NCBI RefSeq assembly: GCF_011745625.1
Contig: NW_027191455.1
Span: 62,001 to 126,000 of the forward strand
Length of the DNA: 64,000 nucleotides
Direction: 5' to 3'
DNA from: Cladosporium halotolerans
Taxonomy: Eukaryota
This document shows, piece by piece, positions 44,746 to 56,219 of the stretch (the first letter of the stretch is position 1; each line of letters opens with the position of its first letter). A program made the position numbers and the translations under genes. The notes under the pieces were generated by a model. That model did not search any database, had not been told where the DNA came from, and saw nothing but the letters and a program-made list of their open reading frames with translations.

Positions 44746-46936
44746 TCATATGATGGGTAAAAACTGCGAGGCTGTCAGTGGAATCACCGATGGAAGGTAC
44801 AGGTAGTAGCAACTCACGTTCATGACGATAGACATGGGAATGTCGAAGACGTCTCTCTTGACGGTCCAGCACATGCTGCACTCGACCCGGCCGTCGCGGT
44901 CGCCCAGCGCTTTCGTGCCCGCCTCGCCTTTCATCAGAGGTTCGAGCTTGATCTCACCGGTCGAGGGACGCTTCTTGCTGTCGTCGCCGAAGTCGCCGAC
45001 GCCCCAGCCCGGGTCCTCTTTAGTCTTGTATTTTAGCAGCGAGACGGTGGATCCGATGATCGATGCACGCGAAGCGCCGAAAGCGAGCTCGGCGAAGTCC
45101 TCGTAGAATTGCACCACGCTGTCCTCGTCCATGATTTCTGCGAGGAAGACGGGCTGTGGACGGCCGGGGTCGATGTCGATCGGCGCGCGAGGCGTGACCG
45201 CGCCGCGGGAGCTGGTACCGGTTTGCGTGCCGGATCCGTTGGTGCCGGTGTTGATGTTGAGGTTCGGCTCTTTGCCGAGCAATACATCTCGGCGCCAACC
45301 AGTGACGAGAGAGAACTCTTTGCTGACAGCAGCAATCTCGCCTGTCCGTCGGCAAATGATAGTCGGCGTGCCGTAGTGATTCACGAAATCCTCATACTCA
45401 CAAAGAGTCCGCTGGAAGCACTTCTCCATAAAGATCAGATCCTCGTGCCCCAGATTCTTATTACAGGAGATGAACGAGGGTCTGATCGATGCGAGCGCTT
45501 TTGCGATGCGAAGGGTCTTCTTGGATGGGAAACGCTTTTGCAAGAACGCTGTCAAGGCGTGGAAGCCTTGCGTGTAAGGATAGGGTGCAGTGACAGAAGT
45601 GTAAATTTCTGAAATGTCTCTTCTCCTCTTGCGTTGAAGCCCGCCTCCGTTGTAATTCGGAGCAGGCTTTCGTTGTTGCTGTTGTTGGGCCGGCTGTGAG
45701 AAGCTTTGACGCAGCAGGTCCTGAGACTGGTTTTGGTTTTGATTTTGCTCGATCTGCGCAAACTGGTTTTCGGGAGACATGTTGCCTCCTTGGTAGTTGG
45801 AACCAAAGTCGAGGCTCTGTGAAGCTGGACTCTGGCCAGTCAAAGACGCCTCGCCAATCGCGAACGCGTCCATGCCGTTACTCGACGCCGTCCAGATGTT
45901 GCTGTTGCTTGTTTGGCGTTGCAAACCCTGCCAGCCCGGAAATTGGTTGTAGCTAAAGCTATTTCCACGGGTGAAGCCTGACGGGTTATCATACGACATG
46001 CTGCCATGGTGTGACTGGCCACTCATGGAGCCCAAGTCGACATCTGGTGTACCAACGGCTCCAGAAGACATATGGCCAAGCATGCCGAATTCGAGAGCAC
46101 CGTAATGGTTACCGAAGTTCAAACCAGAAATGTCAAAGTTGAACAGCGAAGGATCGTTTGGATCGATGAACGATTGATCGTATGATTGACCTCCCGAAGT
46201 CTCGATTGTAGGCGGTTGGTCTATGGAACCGGGAATCGTCTGTACCGGTGACACCTGCTGATTGGGAGTCGACTGATACTGAGAAGGTGTCTCAACAGTC
46301 TGCTGGCCAAAATTACCACCCAGCATTGGATCGTTGCCTTCGATCATGGGCGCGCTCATTCTACCCCTGTGATTTACAGGGTTGAATTGAGGGAAAGCAT
46401 TGTTGGACGCTTGCGGCATGAAGTTGGAAGGTTGAGATATAGGTATGCCGTTTGGCGGCATTTGTGGGTTTGTCGTAACGGGTGGTGCATTTTGTGAACC
46501 GTTCGTGGGGAACTGATTTGATGGGAAGCCCGGCATAAGAGCTTCGGGGGGAGCATCGTGAAGGTATTTGGCCTTCTTCCTGACTCCGTCATGGCATTGA
46601 TCCTGAAGCCCACGTTTGATACACCTCAAACAAGGGCGCTCGTCGCCTGCATCTCACGTCAGTCGTTCCTCTCCCAACTCGTGATCCAAACAACTTACCG
46701 CAGGTCAGATGTGCCCTCTGACACGCGAAACAAGCTCGACGAGCTTTCTTCCTGCGCGGGCGAGACGGGTCTTTAGCATTGCTCTTCGGAGGAGGCTTAT
46801 TCTCGACGCCACTGCGGGCAGGGCTCTTCTCGTCGGTGGAGGCGCGGTCGACCTTCTCGTCAGCCATCATGCTGGAGCTGTCCTGGTCAACGCCAGGTCC
46901 AGGAGAAGGCGAGGCATCCTCGGCGTCGGGCGACAT
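44746..46936 (-). CDS. acuK: Zn2Cys6 transcription activator of gluconeogenesis (AcuK/Ert1 type)
   Basis: [45 protein letters not shown]-like [13 protein letters not shown] and end [22 protein letters not shown]. Introns at 46647-46698 and 44764-44817. Confidence 0.9.
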
Positions 46937-47934
46937 ATTAAATCTTCGCTACGACGGTGTCGCGGAGTGGGCAGCACGATCCACCAGGGCAGCGCGAGGC
47001 GAGGCTGCAGACAGCGTGGAGGGCAGCGCACAAGCCGGGAAGGCGCGGGAACTGCAGTCACCCGCACGCCGATGGCCTGATATGGCAGACCCGCTGCTCC
47101 GGAATAGCAGCAGCGGACCCAACAGTTGGAGTAGCGGGGGCTGCGCCCAATCGCCCGCTACCTTGCCCTCGGTTCGAAGTCACGCGGGCTGTTGTGCGGC
47201 TCGCGACCGCGGTGCAACAGAGAATGCGCGCTTCAGCTGGCAAGAATATAGCGGCTGGATGCGTGCAGGGCTGGGGTGGTTCCCAGAGCGGTTTGTGCAG
47301 CGTCGGTCTCGAGCTTTCTCCAGACTCTTGCGCGCTGAGACGGCGGCGCAGCAATGAAGTGCCTGCAGGCGTGCGACGGGGCAGCCACCAATGGGCGGTG
47401 CGGGAGCGGTGCGGACGGCGAGGGTTCAGCCGGGTTCGAAGACACGGACGGGCAATGGCGTGGTACGGCAGGGTAGAGGCGAGAGCGCATGCGGTGGTAG
47501 CGGTAGGCGCATCGGCGGGCCCAGCAGTGGTGGAGGAGCTGATGCGGTGCGACGGGCTGTGCCAATCATGACGCGGCGACGACCATGCTGCCGGTTCGCG
47601 TTGGGTGTGGAGGGTGAGGGAGGTTGTTGGGCGGCGCGCGAGAGGGATACGCAGGGTTTTGCTGCTGCGCGACCGAGGCTCGTATGCAGGCGAAGACGCT
47701 GCTCAAAGGCCGGCGGGCGGAGGGGAGAGTGGAGAGTGGAGAGTGCGGACGGGCGCGGTGTGGTGAGAGGCGGGCGCGCGAGCCGGCGAGGTGCAGACGC
47801 GCACGGGAGGGCCAGCAGTGGCGTGGTGGGCGGTGGTGGGAGGAGGTGTTTGGGAGATGGATGTGCTGCAGGCACCGGGGAGGTGGTGCAGAGAGCTGCG
47901 AGCGAGCCGCGAGAGGATGTGCGGGCGAGTGCGG

Positions 47935-47961
47935 GCTGCTGCTGCTGCTGCTGCTGCTGCT
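47935..47961. repeat. (GCT)9 / (CAG)n microsatellite
   Basis: Nine perfect GCT units read directly from the sequence. Confidence 0.9.
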
Positions 47962-49018
47962 GGGCTGGTGCCGGCTCGGCTGTCGGTGGCTGCCCTCGTG
48001 GCTGCTTTGGCTTTGGCTGGTCAGCAGCTTCTCCAGCGCGCGCACGCACAGTCCTCAGCAGCTCCTCCATCTCCAGCTGCCCCCCGCAAACGCCCAGAGG
48101 AGACAGCCGTGAGAGCCTTGAACCTGAGGCTCGCCAGGCACGCCAGGCCCACCCGCCAAGCCCAGCAGCCGCGAGCAACGGCCATCTCGCGCCATCTCGC
48201 CAGCGCGAGAGCCACCGCGCAAGGTACCATGTACACCTGGATATTGCGAGCAACGCCCATGCCCGCCCGCCGATACACGTCTGCGCAGGTGTCCTGCCGC
48301 CCTCGCGTGGCCCACTATATTATTTATCTATAGCATCCATCAATCCGTCCATCCATCCAATCCACCCATCCATCCACCCTTGGCGCGCTCCTCCTGCGTC
48401 TGTGCTGCCCCGATACACCAGCATCATTGGCATGCCCTCTCCCCCTCGCTCCACCCGCTCCACCCCAAGCAGGCCGCGTGCAGCCTTCACCACCTGTCTG
48501 CCACGTTCGGCCCCATCACTCAGTGACACTCAGCCTGCCTGCGCCTGTGCAGCGTCGCGTGCGCCCGCCGGCGTGGGGCGAAACTGCAGCTGCCAGGCGT
48601 TGCTCGCGCGGCGGCAAGGCACGCGCAATCGCGCCGTCTGAATGGCTCCGCCCGCCGTCGCACTCGATCTCCCGTCGCACGCTGTGCGATGGCCCCCGGC
48701 ACGCTGACCTGAGCGGCCTGTGTCACGTGGCAGAGCCCGCCTTGCAGCCGAGCTGGCGTGCGCCGGCGAGCCGATGCTTCCATTGCTTGCTTGCTTGTCT
48801 GGCACGGCGCGGCTCCCAACGCTGCGGGCTGCTGCGGCCTGCGCGTGCGGCAGTGAGATGCGCTGGGAACGTCTGGCGGGATGGACTGGACTGGACTGGA
48901 AGGAAGACGGGAGGGTTCAACAGCACGGCGGCGGCGGCGGCGTCTATTCCGGGCCGCGGCCCTCGTGCGCTGTATTGCACGGCATTTAATCTAATAGATA
49001 TGTAACGCATGCGCATCC

Positions 49019-51835
49019 CTACGAGGCCTGCGCGAAGCGCGAGGTGCCCCTGAGCCTCTTGCCGAACTTGAAGAACAGAATTGCTGCCGGAAGCGATCAG
49101 CGGTGCCGGCCCACGGTACTGGGACGTGGGAGGGTTTGCAGGGAGACGTACGGAACGGCGCCATGGCGAGCGCGACGAAGCCCAGCAGCGAGCTGGCCCA
49201 TTGATAGTCCAAGGCTGGAGGCGCATCCGAATCAGTCACCGCTCTTTCGCCGCCGGCGAAGCAATCGTCGCCCTGAGAGCACTCACCGTTGTACATCTGA
49301 ACACCGAACAAGCTGTTGTCTCGGTTAGCGAGCTTTGTCAAACGGACTCGAGCGTATCCCTGGGGTTGGGGAGGGGTGCACGCACGGAAAGGCCGCTGCA
49401 AAGGACGAGCGTGCGAACGAGTTTGCTGCGAGCGCTGACGCAGAATACAGGGGATACTGCGCGTCGTGTCAGTATACCGACCCAGCCTTTGAGACGTGCG
49501 ATCTGGCCCGCCAAGCCGCATGGCCAGGCCACCTACGCATTCGACGAGGAATGTACTGCGCGCGCGCCGTGTCAGCAGAGGTGCCATCGCTTCCCATTCG
49601 CGGGAAATCGCCATGCGGTCACTTACAAGATCCCGGAAAAGCAGAAGATGTTGCCTATGCCGAACAGGCCGCTGAAGATGATCGGCACTGCAAGCAAAGC
49701 GTGTCATTAGCATGTGCTCCTGCTCCTGCGCCCGCCGATGCAATGATCACCACCACACGCAGCGCATGATGCGAGCTGATCGTACCTATCCAATGCACCC
49801 TGCACGAATTGAGATAAGAGTCAGCGACACGCAGGTCCCAATCCGGTCGTTCTCAACCCAGGAACAAGGCAGTGCAAGTGTATAAATGCAGTGTCCGGGT
49901 AGCGTACCATGGGAAGGTGGTCCAGCCAAACCCTGCAGGCGTCAGCTCGCTCGATCTCTCGTCTAATATCACGTCGCGATAGGACGTTCGAGCCCTAGCT
50001 CTCTACCAAACTCACCAAACAAGCTGATGGGCACGAGTGCCGCTCCCCTGGTCGCACGTGTTAGTATCTCTATTCTGGTCTTCGAATCCTTGACGCCGTG
50101 CTCGTATGCTGCAGCATGTGCAGTTTCCCTGGTCTGGGGTCGATTTCCAAATCACAACTCACAAAATGGTTGGTGGCAATCGGAATTCCGGCTCTGATAT
50201 TCCACCGTTGTTGCGCACGAGCCGGTCGTCTGCGTCGGGTCAGTCACACGTGGCAAAAGAGTGCGCCGGCTGGGCATCAACGTACAGTTCCGTCGCCAAA
50301 GGGGGTCGCAAGAGACGCCAATGACGTTGCCAACGAACAAGCCCAGGAAGGTTAGGCCAGTCTGCCACAGGTTGAAGCCGTGGTTGTTTCCGAAGACTAG
50401 GGGAAAGGCCTGGGCGAGATGTCAGCATTGATGAGACGACAGATCTCAACGATCTCACACTCACGCCGAAAAACAAGTACAACACGCCCAACAGAATTGC
50501 TGACAGCAGGCAGAGGTTGAGACACATCGGCTAAATCAGCTGTTAGTCAAGCCGCCAATCACCGTGACAGCATGCACCATACCTCGAAGAACAGCAACTG
50601 GAAGGGGCGAACGCAGCTCAACATGACGGTCTTGGTCACTGACTTGTTCATCATCTCGATGGGGGCTTTCCAACGCTGGTCACCTGTCTCCTTGCGCAGC
50701 TGCCTTGCCTTTCTCCTGAGCAGGACAGGAGAATAAGTCTCGGGCACGAAGAAGAAGAGCAGCAGCCAGTTGACGCCTGCCCACATCATCAGCACGTAAA
50801 AGCACCACCTCCAGCTCTTGTAGCTAGCGATGAAGTTTCCCACAACGGGACCCTGTTCTTCATGTTAGCACACAATGTAGAGCTAACAACCTCGCAGACA
50901 AAGATTGGTGTATCGTTTGACCTACCAAAAGAGGTCCACAAAACGGCGCAGCACTGTAAATCATCATCGGCATGCTCAGTTTCTCCTTCGGAAACGTATC
51001 GCCAACCGTCCCGCCTGTTGTCATGTCAGCATAGCATCCACTCACTCCAGAGACAACCCAACAAACCAGCAACACTCAAAAACGCCGACCCGCTCAACCC
51101 ATCCAAAAACCTCGCAACCAGCATCGTCGCCAGATTCTCCGCCCGCGCGCACGGAATCAACCAAACGAAATACATCCCAAACGCGCACAGATAGATCGGC
51201 CGCCGCCCATAAAACTCCGACAGCGGGCTCAAGAACATCGGCCCCAGCCCCAGCCCGCACACGAAGATGCTCAGCCCCACCGTCGCCGCGAGCCGCGAGA
51301 TGGCGAACTCGCGCTCGATCCCGCCGTACGCGCTCGTGTACAGCGCCGACGCGAACGTCACGCACATCGACGACGCCGAGCCCAGCAGCACGATCGTCCA
51401 CTTGCGCCAGAGCGGCGCCCAGCCGGCGCTCTTGGGGTTCTGCGGGTCCTCGGGCCCCGTCCAGCGCACTTCGAAGTCTTTCTCGGAGGCGTCGCCGTCG
51501 TTGCCGTGTGCGTTTTTCGAGCCTGCTGCGCCGTTGGCGCCGGGTGGTTCGGGCCTCTCCTCGTCCTCGTGCGCGAAATGCGTGTACCCGTCCGCGCCGG
51601 CGTAGGATTTCTGCGAGCGGACGGACGACCGGCTGCGCGTCGAGTGCAGCGGCGTCAAGTAATTGCTGTTCGACGTCTTCTTGCGCGCTATGGACGTCTG
51701 CGCGGCGTCTTCGTCGTCGTGGACGTGCGGCCCGTCGGATTCGACGCTCTCGCGGCGCCGGTCTGCGTTGGCGGCCGCGTCGGCGGCGAGGGAGCCTTTT
51801 TCGGGGTCCATTGTTGAGGTGCTGGAGGAGTCCAT
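49019..51835 (-). CDS. MFS drug:H+ antiporter (DHA1 family), about 15 exons
   Basis: W.GPEDPQNP, SPLSEFYGRRPIY, WRWCFY, VPETYSPVLL, EPEFRLPP, VHWIVP, YPLYSASALAANSFARS and end FFKFGKRLRGTSRFAQAS-stop, reconstructed across 14 GT-AG introns. Confidence 0.85.
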
Positions 51836-52372
51836 GCGTCTTGTTTTGTTTCGGCAGGTAGGTGATTTGGAGTAGGTTCGTTTTTTTACCAGGTGGATAT
51901 AGATAGATTTGTACTCCAACGTCGAGACCAGACTTGTCTTTACACCCCAAATATCCAGACAAATGTGGCGGGGCTCCCGTGTACGCAACCCCGGCGATAT
52001 CGGCCGGCAATCGATGAGGTCGTCCAGAAATCCAGGTCCAATGCCAGAACTGATAAGCTCAACGACCAAACCACTCGTCCACCACTTTCTAGCCTCGCGT
52101 TGCAAAATCCATCCCTGACGCTACGACAGGACGTACAGAAGAGAAGGATGAAACTCCACAAGGGGAAGCGAAAACAAGCTCGTCTAGCACGAGTCTGCCG
52201 ACCGAGCCGTCTAGCTCGTCGCTTGCAAGGGTACGGGGGAGATCATGGGGATAGTGGGATTTTATCGCCATTGCCGACGTCACGGGCTGGCTGGCGGGTG
52301 ATTCTTTCTCCGCCCGCGCGCGCGCGCGAATGCCGATGCTGAGCTGAGCTAAGCTGGGGAGTGGGCGATTTG

Positions 52373-52412
52373 GGGTTAGGTCATGAAGGGTAAGGGTTAG
52401 GGTTAGGGTTGG
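52373..52412 (+). repeat. Short interstitial telomere-like TTAGGG tract
   Basis: Sequence gggttagg...agggtaagggttagggttagggttgg. Confidence 0.6.
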
Positions 52413-53115
52413 AGAATAGAGTGCATTGAGGGTTGCTGTATCTGATTGAGGTCTTATTGTTTTCAAACGCAAACTCGACTGACGACTTTCTGAATATGCT
52501 GAATTTGCGATGACATGGCGTCCTTCTGGTCGTCACATTGTGTTCGGTGGCGACAGCCATAAAGTGTTTTGACCATGCCGACGAAACACGGCCGCACCTT
52601 GAGATGCCATAGACTCTCTATCACACGTGTTTCTGTTGCATCAATGAATGATTGATTTGCCATTCCCAGATTCGTAATCGATAACGCGATAAATCAAGAC
52701 AATGTCCACCTCGTGGTCCTGAGCTAAAAAGCTATCGTATACAACTACCTATGACGATGGATTGAATCGCCCATTGCCTAATTTCATGAGACGTACAGAA
52801 CATTAATCAGAGTGCCTTCGCGTTTTGACACGATCAGCCATTATCAGTATCTGGTCCAGTCATGACAGCGTATAGCTGTGCAGATTTTACTTCAAATAGA
52901 AACCATACTGGAAGAACAGAAAGTTGTTCACGAGCAACTCATCGATTCTCTCTGGGTCGATAGTTCGATCACACGAGACGAGCTCAACTCAGCAGTCCCG
53001 CTGAGGCCTGGGTCATAATCTGCTCTTGTATTATACACTTGTATCCTCATTTGAAATGCTCATGCCCACCGTCAAGGCAGGTCTCGCAGCTGGATCGCAC
53101 CCCGCGAAACCCGAC

Positions 53116-53936
53116 CTACTTCTGCTCCTCGGAGTCCTGCTTGCCCAGCCCGTGCTCCTTAAGCAGCGCATCGATCTCCTCCGCCGCCCACAGGTGGTGA
53201 TACACCTTACCCTGCTTCGTCCTGCCGACCGTCGCGAACTCGATCTTCTCCGCCGACAGCTTGGTCGAATCCATCGTCTTGCTCAGCACCTTGACCGCCA
53301 GCTCGCACGCCTGCTTCAGGTTGCAGTCCTCGTTGTAGTCCTGCTTCAGCAAGCTCTGCGCCGAGGCGTTGTTCGCGCCCACGCTCGTCGCCTTCCAGCC
53401 GCCGTAGTTGCCGGACGGGTTGGACTGGTAGAGCTGGAATTGCCGCTGGTTGTCCCAGCCGGCGTAGATGAAGGAGACACCGAAGGGCCGGAGACCGCCG
53501 TGCTGCGTGTAGCCCTGCTTCAGGTCGCATAGGCGGCGCACGAGCTGCTCGCAGGGGATGTCGGAGTTGTAGGTGAGGAGGTACTGCTGGGCGGCTTGGC
53601 GGGCGTAGTTGATGAGGATGTTGGCGTCGGCGGTCATGCCTGCTACTGCGGTGATCATGTTGCTGTTGAAGGGAGATTTGGTCAGTATCATGTTGAGATC
53701 TGGCCCGGCTGTTGGGTGTCCACCTACTCGTTCAGAATGTACAGCTTCTCGGCGCTTGTGTCTTGCTCCAGGAGTTTGCTCGTGACTTTGCGCTCTGCTG
53801 CGAGGACGATGCCATCGTTTGCTAAGATGCCTAGGGCGGTGCCGGCGTGTGAGATGGCCTCGAGCGCATATTCGACCTGGTAGAGACGGCCTTCGGGCGA
53901 GAAGATGGTCGTGCGGGAGTCGTAACGGCGTGACAT
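53116..53936 (-). CDS. PRE9: 20S proteasome subunit alpha-3
   Basis: [32 protein letters not shown] and [13 protein letters not shown]; intron at 53663-53727. Confidence 0.96.
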
Positions 53937-54213
53937 AGTGGCGGTATCAGTTGTGTGTGTGTCGAGTCACTCAGTATCTCCAAAACTGTATTGATCGAGC
54001 GAGCGAGTGATGGTATTTGGGTTTGTGGGTGGGTGTAGTTGGGGCTTTGATTGATCTATGGGCAGCTCACTGACAGCTCCAGGCAACGCGACGTTGACGT
54101 GCACCCGCTCGGCAGGTGCCGTTTGGCCGCAGCTTCACTCCCGCCGCCAGCCATGCCATGACGATTTCTATAACAGCTCTACATTCTTGCTTTGTGCATG
54201 CGCAACAAGCGAC

Positions 54214-55935
54214 ATGGAGTCGCCGAACAAGCGACAGAAAATGCAGCCGGAAAACATGAGCAACCAAGGCGACTTCGTTCCCTTGGGCGGCGACGACGAA
54301 GCAAATGGCCAATATGGCTATGGCGCGGAGCATGAAACGCATCAGCCACCAGGAAATGCACCGACTGGACCTCGCGAAAGGCACACTCCCAACGGACATC
54401 CAGGGCGCCAAAGAAACGCGCGACATGATCCTCGAAACGCGAAAGACCGCCCGAAATCGAAGCATATCCTGCCTGGATACGAGCCATGGGTTCTCGTTCG
54501 CACCAAATACGGTCGGCGCTTTGCACACAACACCGAGACCCGAGAGAGTTTCTGGTACATTCCCAAAGAGGTAATGCCAGGAGTACTGGAGTTTGAACGC
54601 CGCGAGAAGGAGGACAAGGAGAAGGATGACAACCAGCGATGGGCAGAAGAGCAGCTACGCGAGATGGAAGCGAAGAGCAAGGCTGCTAAGATCAATAAGG
54701 CAGCGGATCAGGAGCAGGGGAGGGATCGACGCAGGAGGAGCGAGAGCTTGCAGAGGGAGGACGAGGAAGCATTCATGGCTGAGCTGGCGGCTCAAGCGGA
54801 GCATGCAGAGGAACAGGATGCGAAAGAAGCTGTACAAGCGACTGAGCAGCAGCCTCAAGGACCGCAGGCTGGCGACTACGCAAGTGACAGCGAGTATGAA
54901 TATGTTGAGGTCACCGATACCGAAGGCGAAGAGGGTGAAGAGGAAGTGGAAGGTGAACCCTCAGCAAGGCCAACTACTGAACAAGAAGAACAGGATGAGC
55001 CTGAAGGAGAGGGACCTGTTGAATTTGGTGAAGATGACATAGCCTATCAATTGGCGGCCATGGGTCAAGATTACGGCTTGGATCCTGGCGAGTATGGAGA
55101 CGATCAGGGAGAAGAATGGGAGGAGGGCGCGGAAGGACTTCCACTGAGTGACGAGGACGCGATTGGCTTGTTCCGCGACATGCTTGACGACCATCGCATA
55201 AGCCCATACACACCTTGGGATAAATTGATCGCAGACGAGTCTCCGGACAGCATATTGATGGATGATCGATACACCGTGCTTTCCAGCTCGAGATTGCGGA
55301 AAGAGGCATGGGAAGCGTGGACCAAGGACAAAGCAGCACAGCTTAGAGAGGAACGGGCGAAAATGGAGAAGCTGGACCCCAAGATTCCATATCTTGCCTT
55401 TTTGTCTGAGAAAGCAACGCCCAAATTGTACTGGCCTGAATTCAAGCGCAAATTCAAGCGCGAAGCGGAAATGAACGATCGCAAACTAGTCGATAAAGAT
55501 CGCGAGAAGCTCTATCGAGACCACATCAACCGACTCAAACTACCAGAGTCTACGCGCAAGGCCGACCTCATCAGTCTTCTCAAAGCTCAGCCTTTGAGCG
55601 CTCTCAACAACTCCACCAGCGTTGATGCGCTCCCTCAACAGGTCCTTAGCCATTTGCATCTGATATCGCTACCTCCAAGCGTTCGTGGACCGCTCCTTCA
55701 AAAGCATATAGACAGCCTGCCTCCTGCACCTGATGCGGACGAAGGCGAGTGGAGCGAAGAACAACGCGCGGCAGAAGAGAAGAAGCGTGCAGAGCGTCGA
55801 AAGAGGGAAGCCGCTCTGGCAGAGCGCGAAAAGCAGGTAGAAGAGGAAAGGCGGAAGGCAGAGTTCGACGAACGACGGGCAAAACGCGACCTGAGGGAAG
55901 AACAGGCCGAGTTGGCCAGGTATGCTAGGATATGA
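54214..55935 (+). CDS. WW/FF-domain nuclear protein (TCERG1/Dre4-like)
   Basis: WW-like W.LVRTKYGRRFAHNTETRESFWYIP, FF-like FRDMLDDHRISPYTPWDK and YWPEFKRKFK, with an acidic linker. Confidence 0.75.
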   Translation: MESPNKRQKMQPENMSNQGDFVPLGGDDEANGQYGYGAEHETHQPPGNAPTGPRERHTPNGHPGRQRNARHDPRNAKDRPKSKHILPGYEPWVLVRTKYGRRFAHNTETRESFWYIPKEVMPGVLEFERREKEDKEKDDNQRWAEEQLREMEAKSKAAKINKAADQEQGRDRRRRSESLQREDEEAFMAELAAQAEHAEEQDAKEAVQATEQQPQGPQAGDYASDSEYEYVEVTDTEGEEGEEEVEGEPSARPTTEQEEQDEPEGEGPVEFGEDDIAYQLAAMGQDYGLDPGEYGDDQGEEWEEGAEGLPLSDEDAIGLFRDMLDDHRISPYTPWDKLIADESPDSILMDDRYTVLSSSRLRKEAWEAWTKDKAAQLREERAKMEKLDPKIPYLAFLSEKATPKLYWPEFKRKFKREAEMNDRKLVDKDREKLYRDHINRLKLPESTRKADLISLLKAQPLSALNNSTSVDALPQQVLSHLHLISLPPSVRGPLLQKHIDSLPPAPDADEGEWSEEQRAAEEKKRAERRKREAALAEREKQVEEERRKAEFDERRAKRDLREEQAELARYARI

Positions 55936-56219
55936 GGTGGCATTGCCAGCCACTTGAATAGGCACTTGAGACTAGCTGCATACGCGAGTGACGATCACAT
56001 ACCCTTGTAATAATAAAATGCACAACTCATTCTTGCTAGCCATTCGGAATTGGTGGTAAAAGCAAACTTCCTGATTCAATCGTCTTTGGCTCACGTAACC
56101 GCGATGCAACGAATGGCAACAATATATTCTTGAACAAAGATCGATTGCAACGCTACCTGTAAACATGAAATCCTTAACCGGGTATCATTACATTATTTGC
56201 CGTCCATGTTCCCCATACT

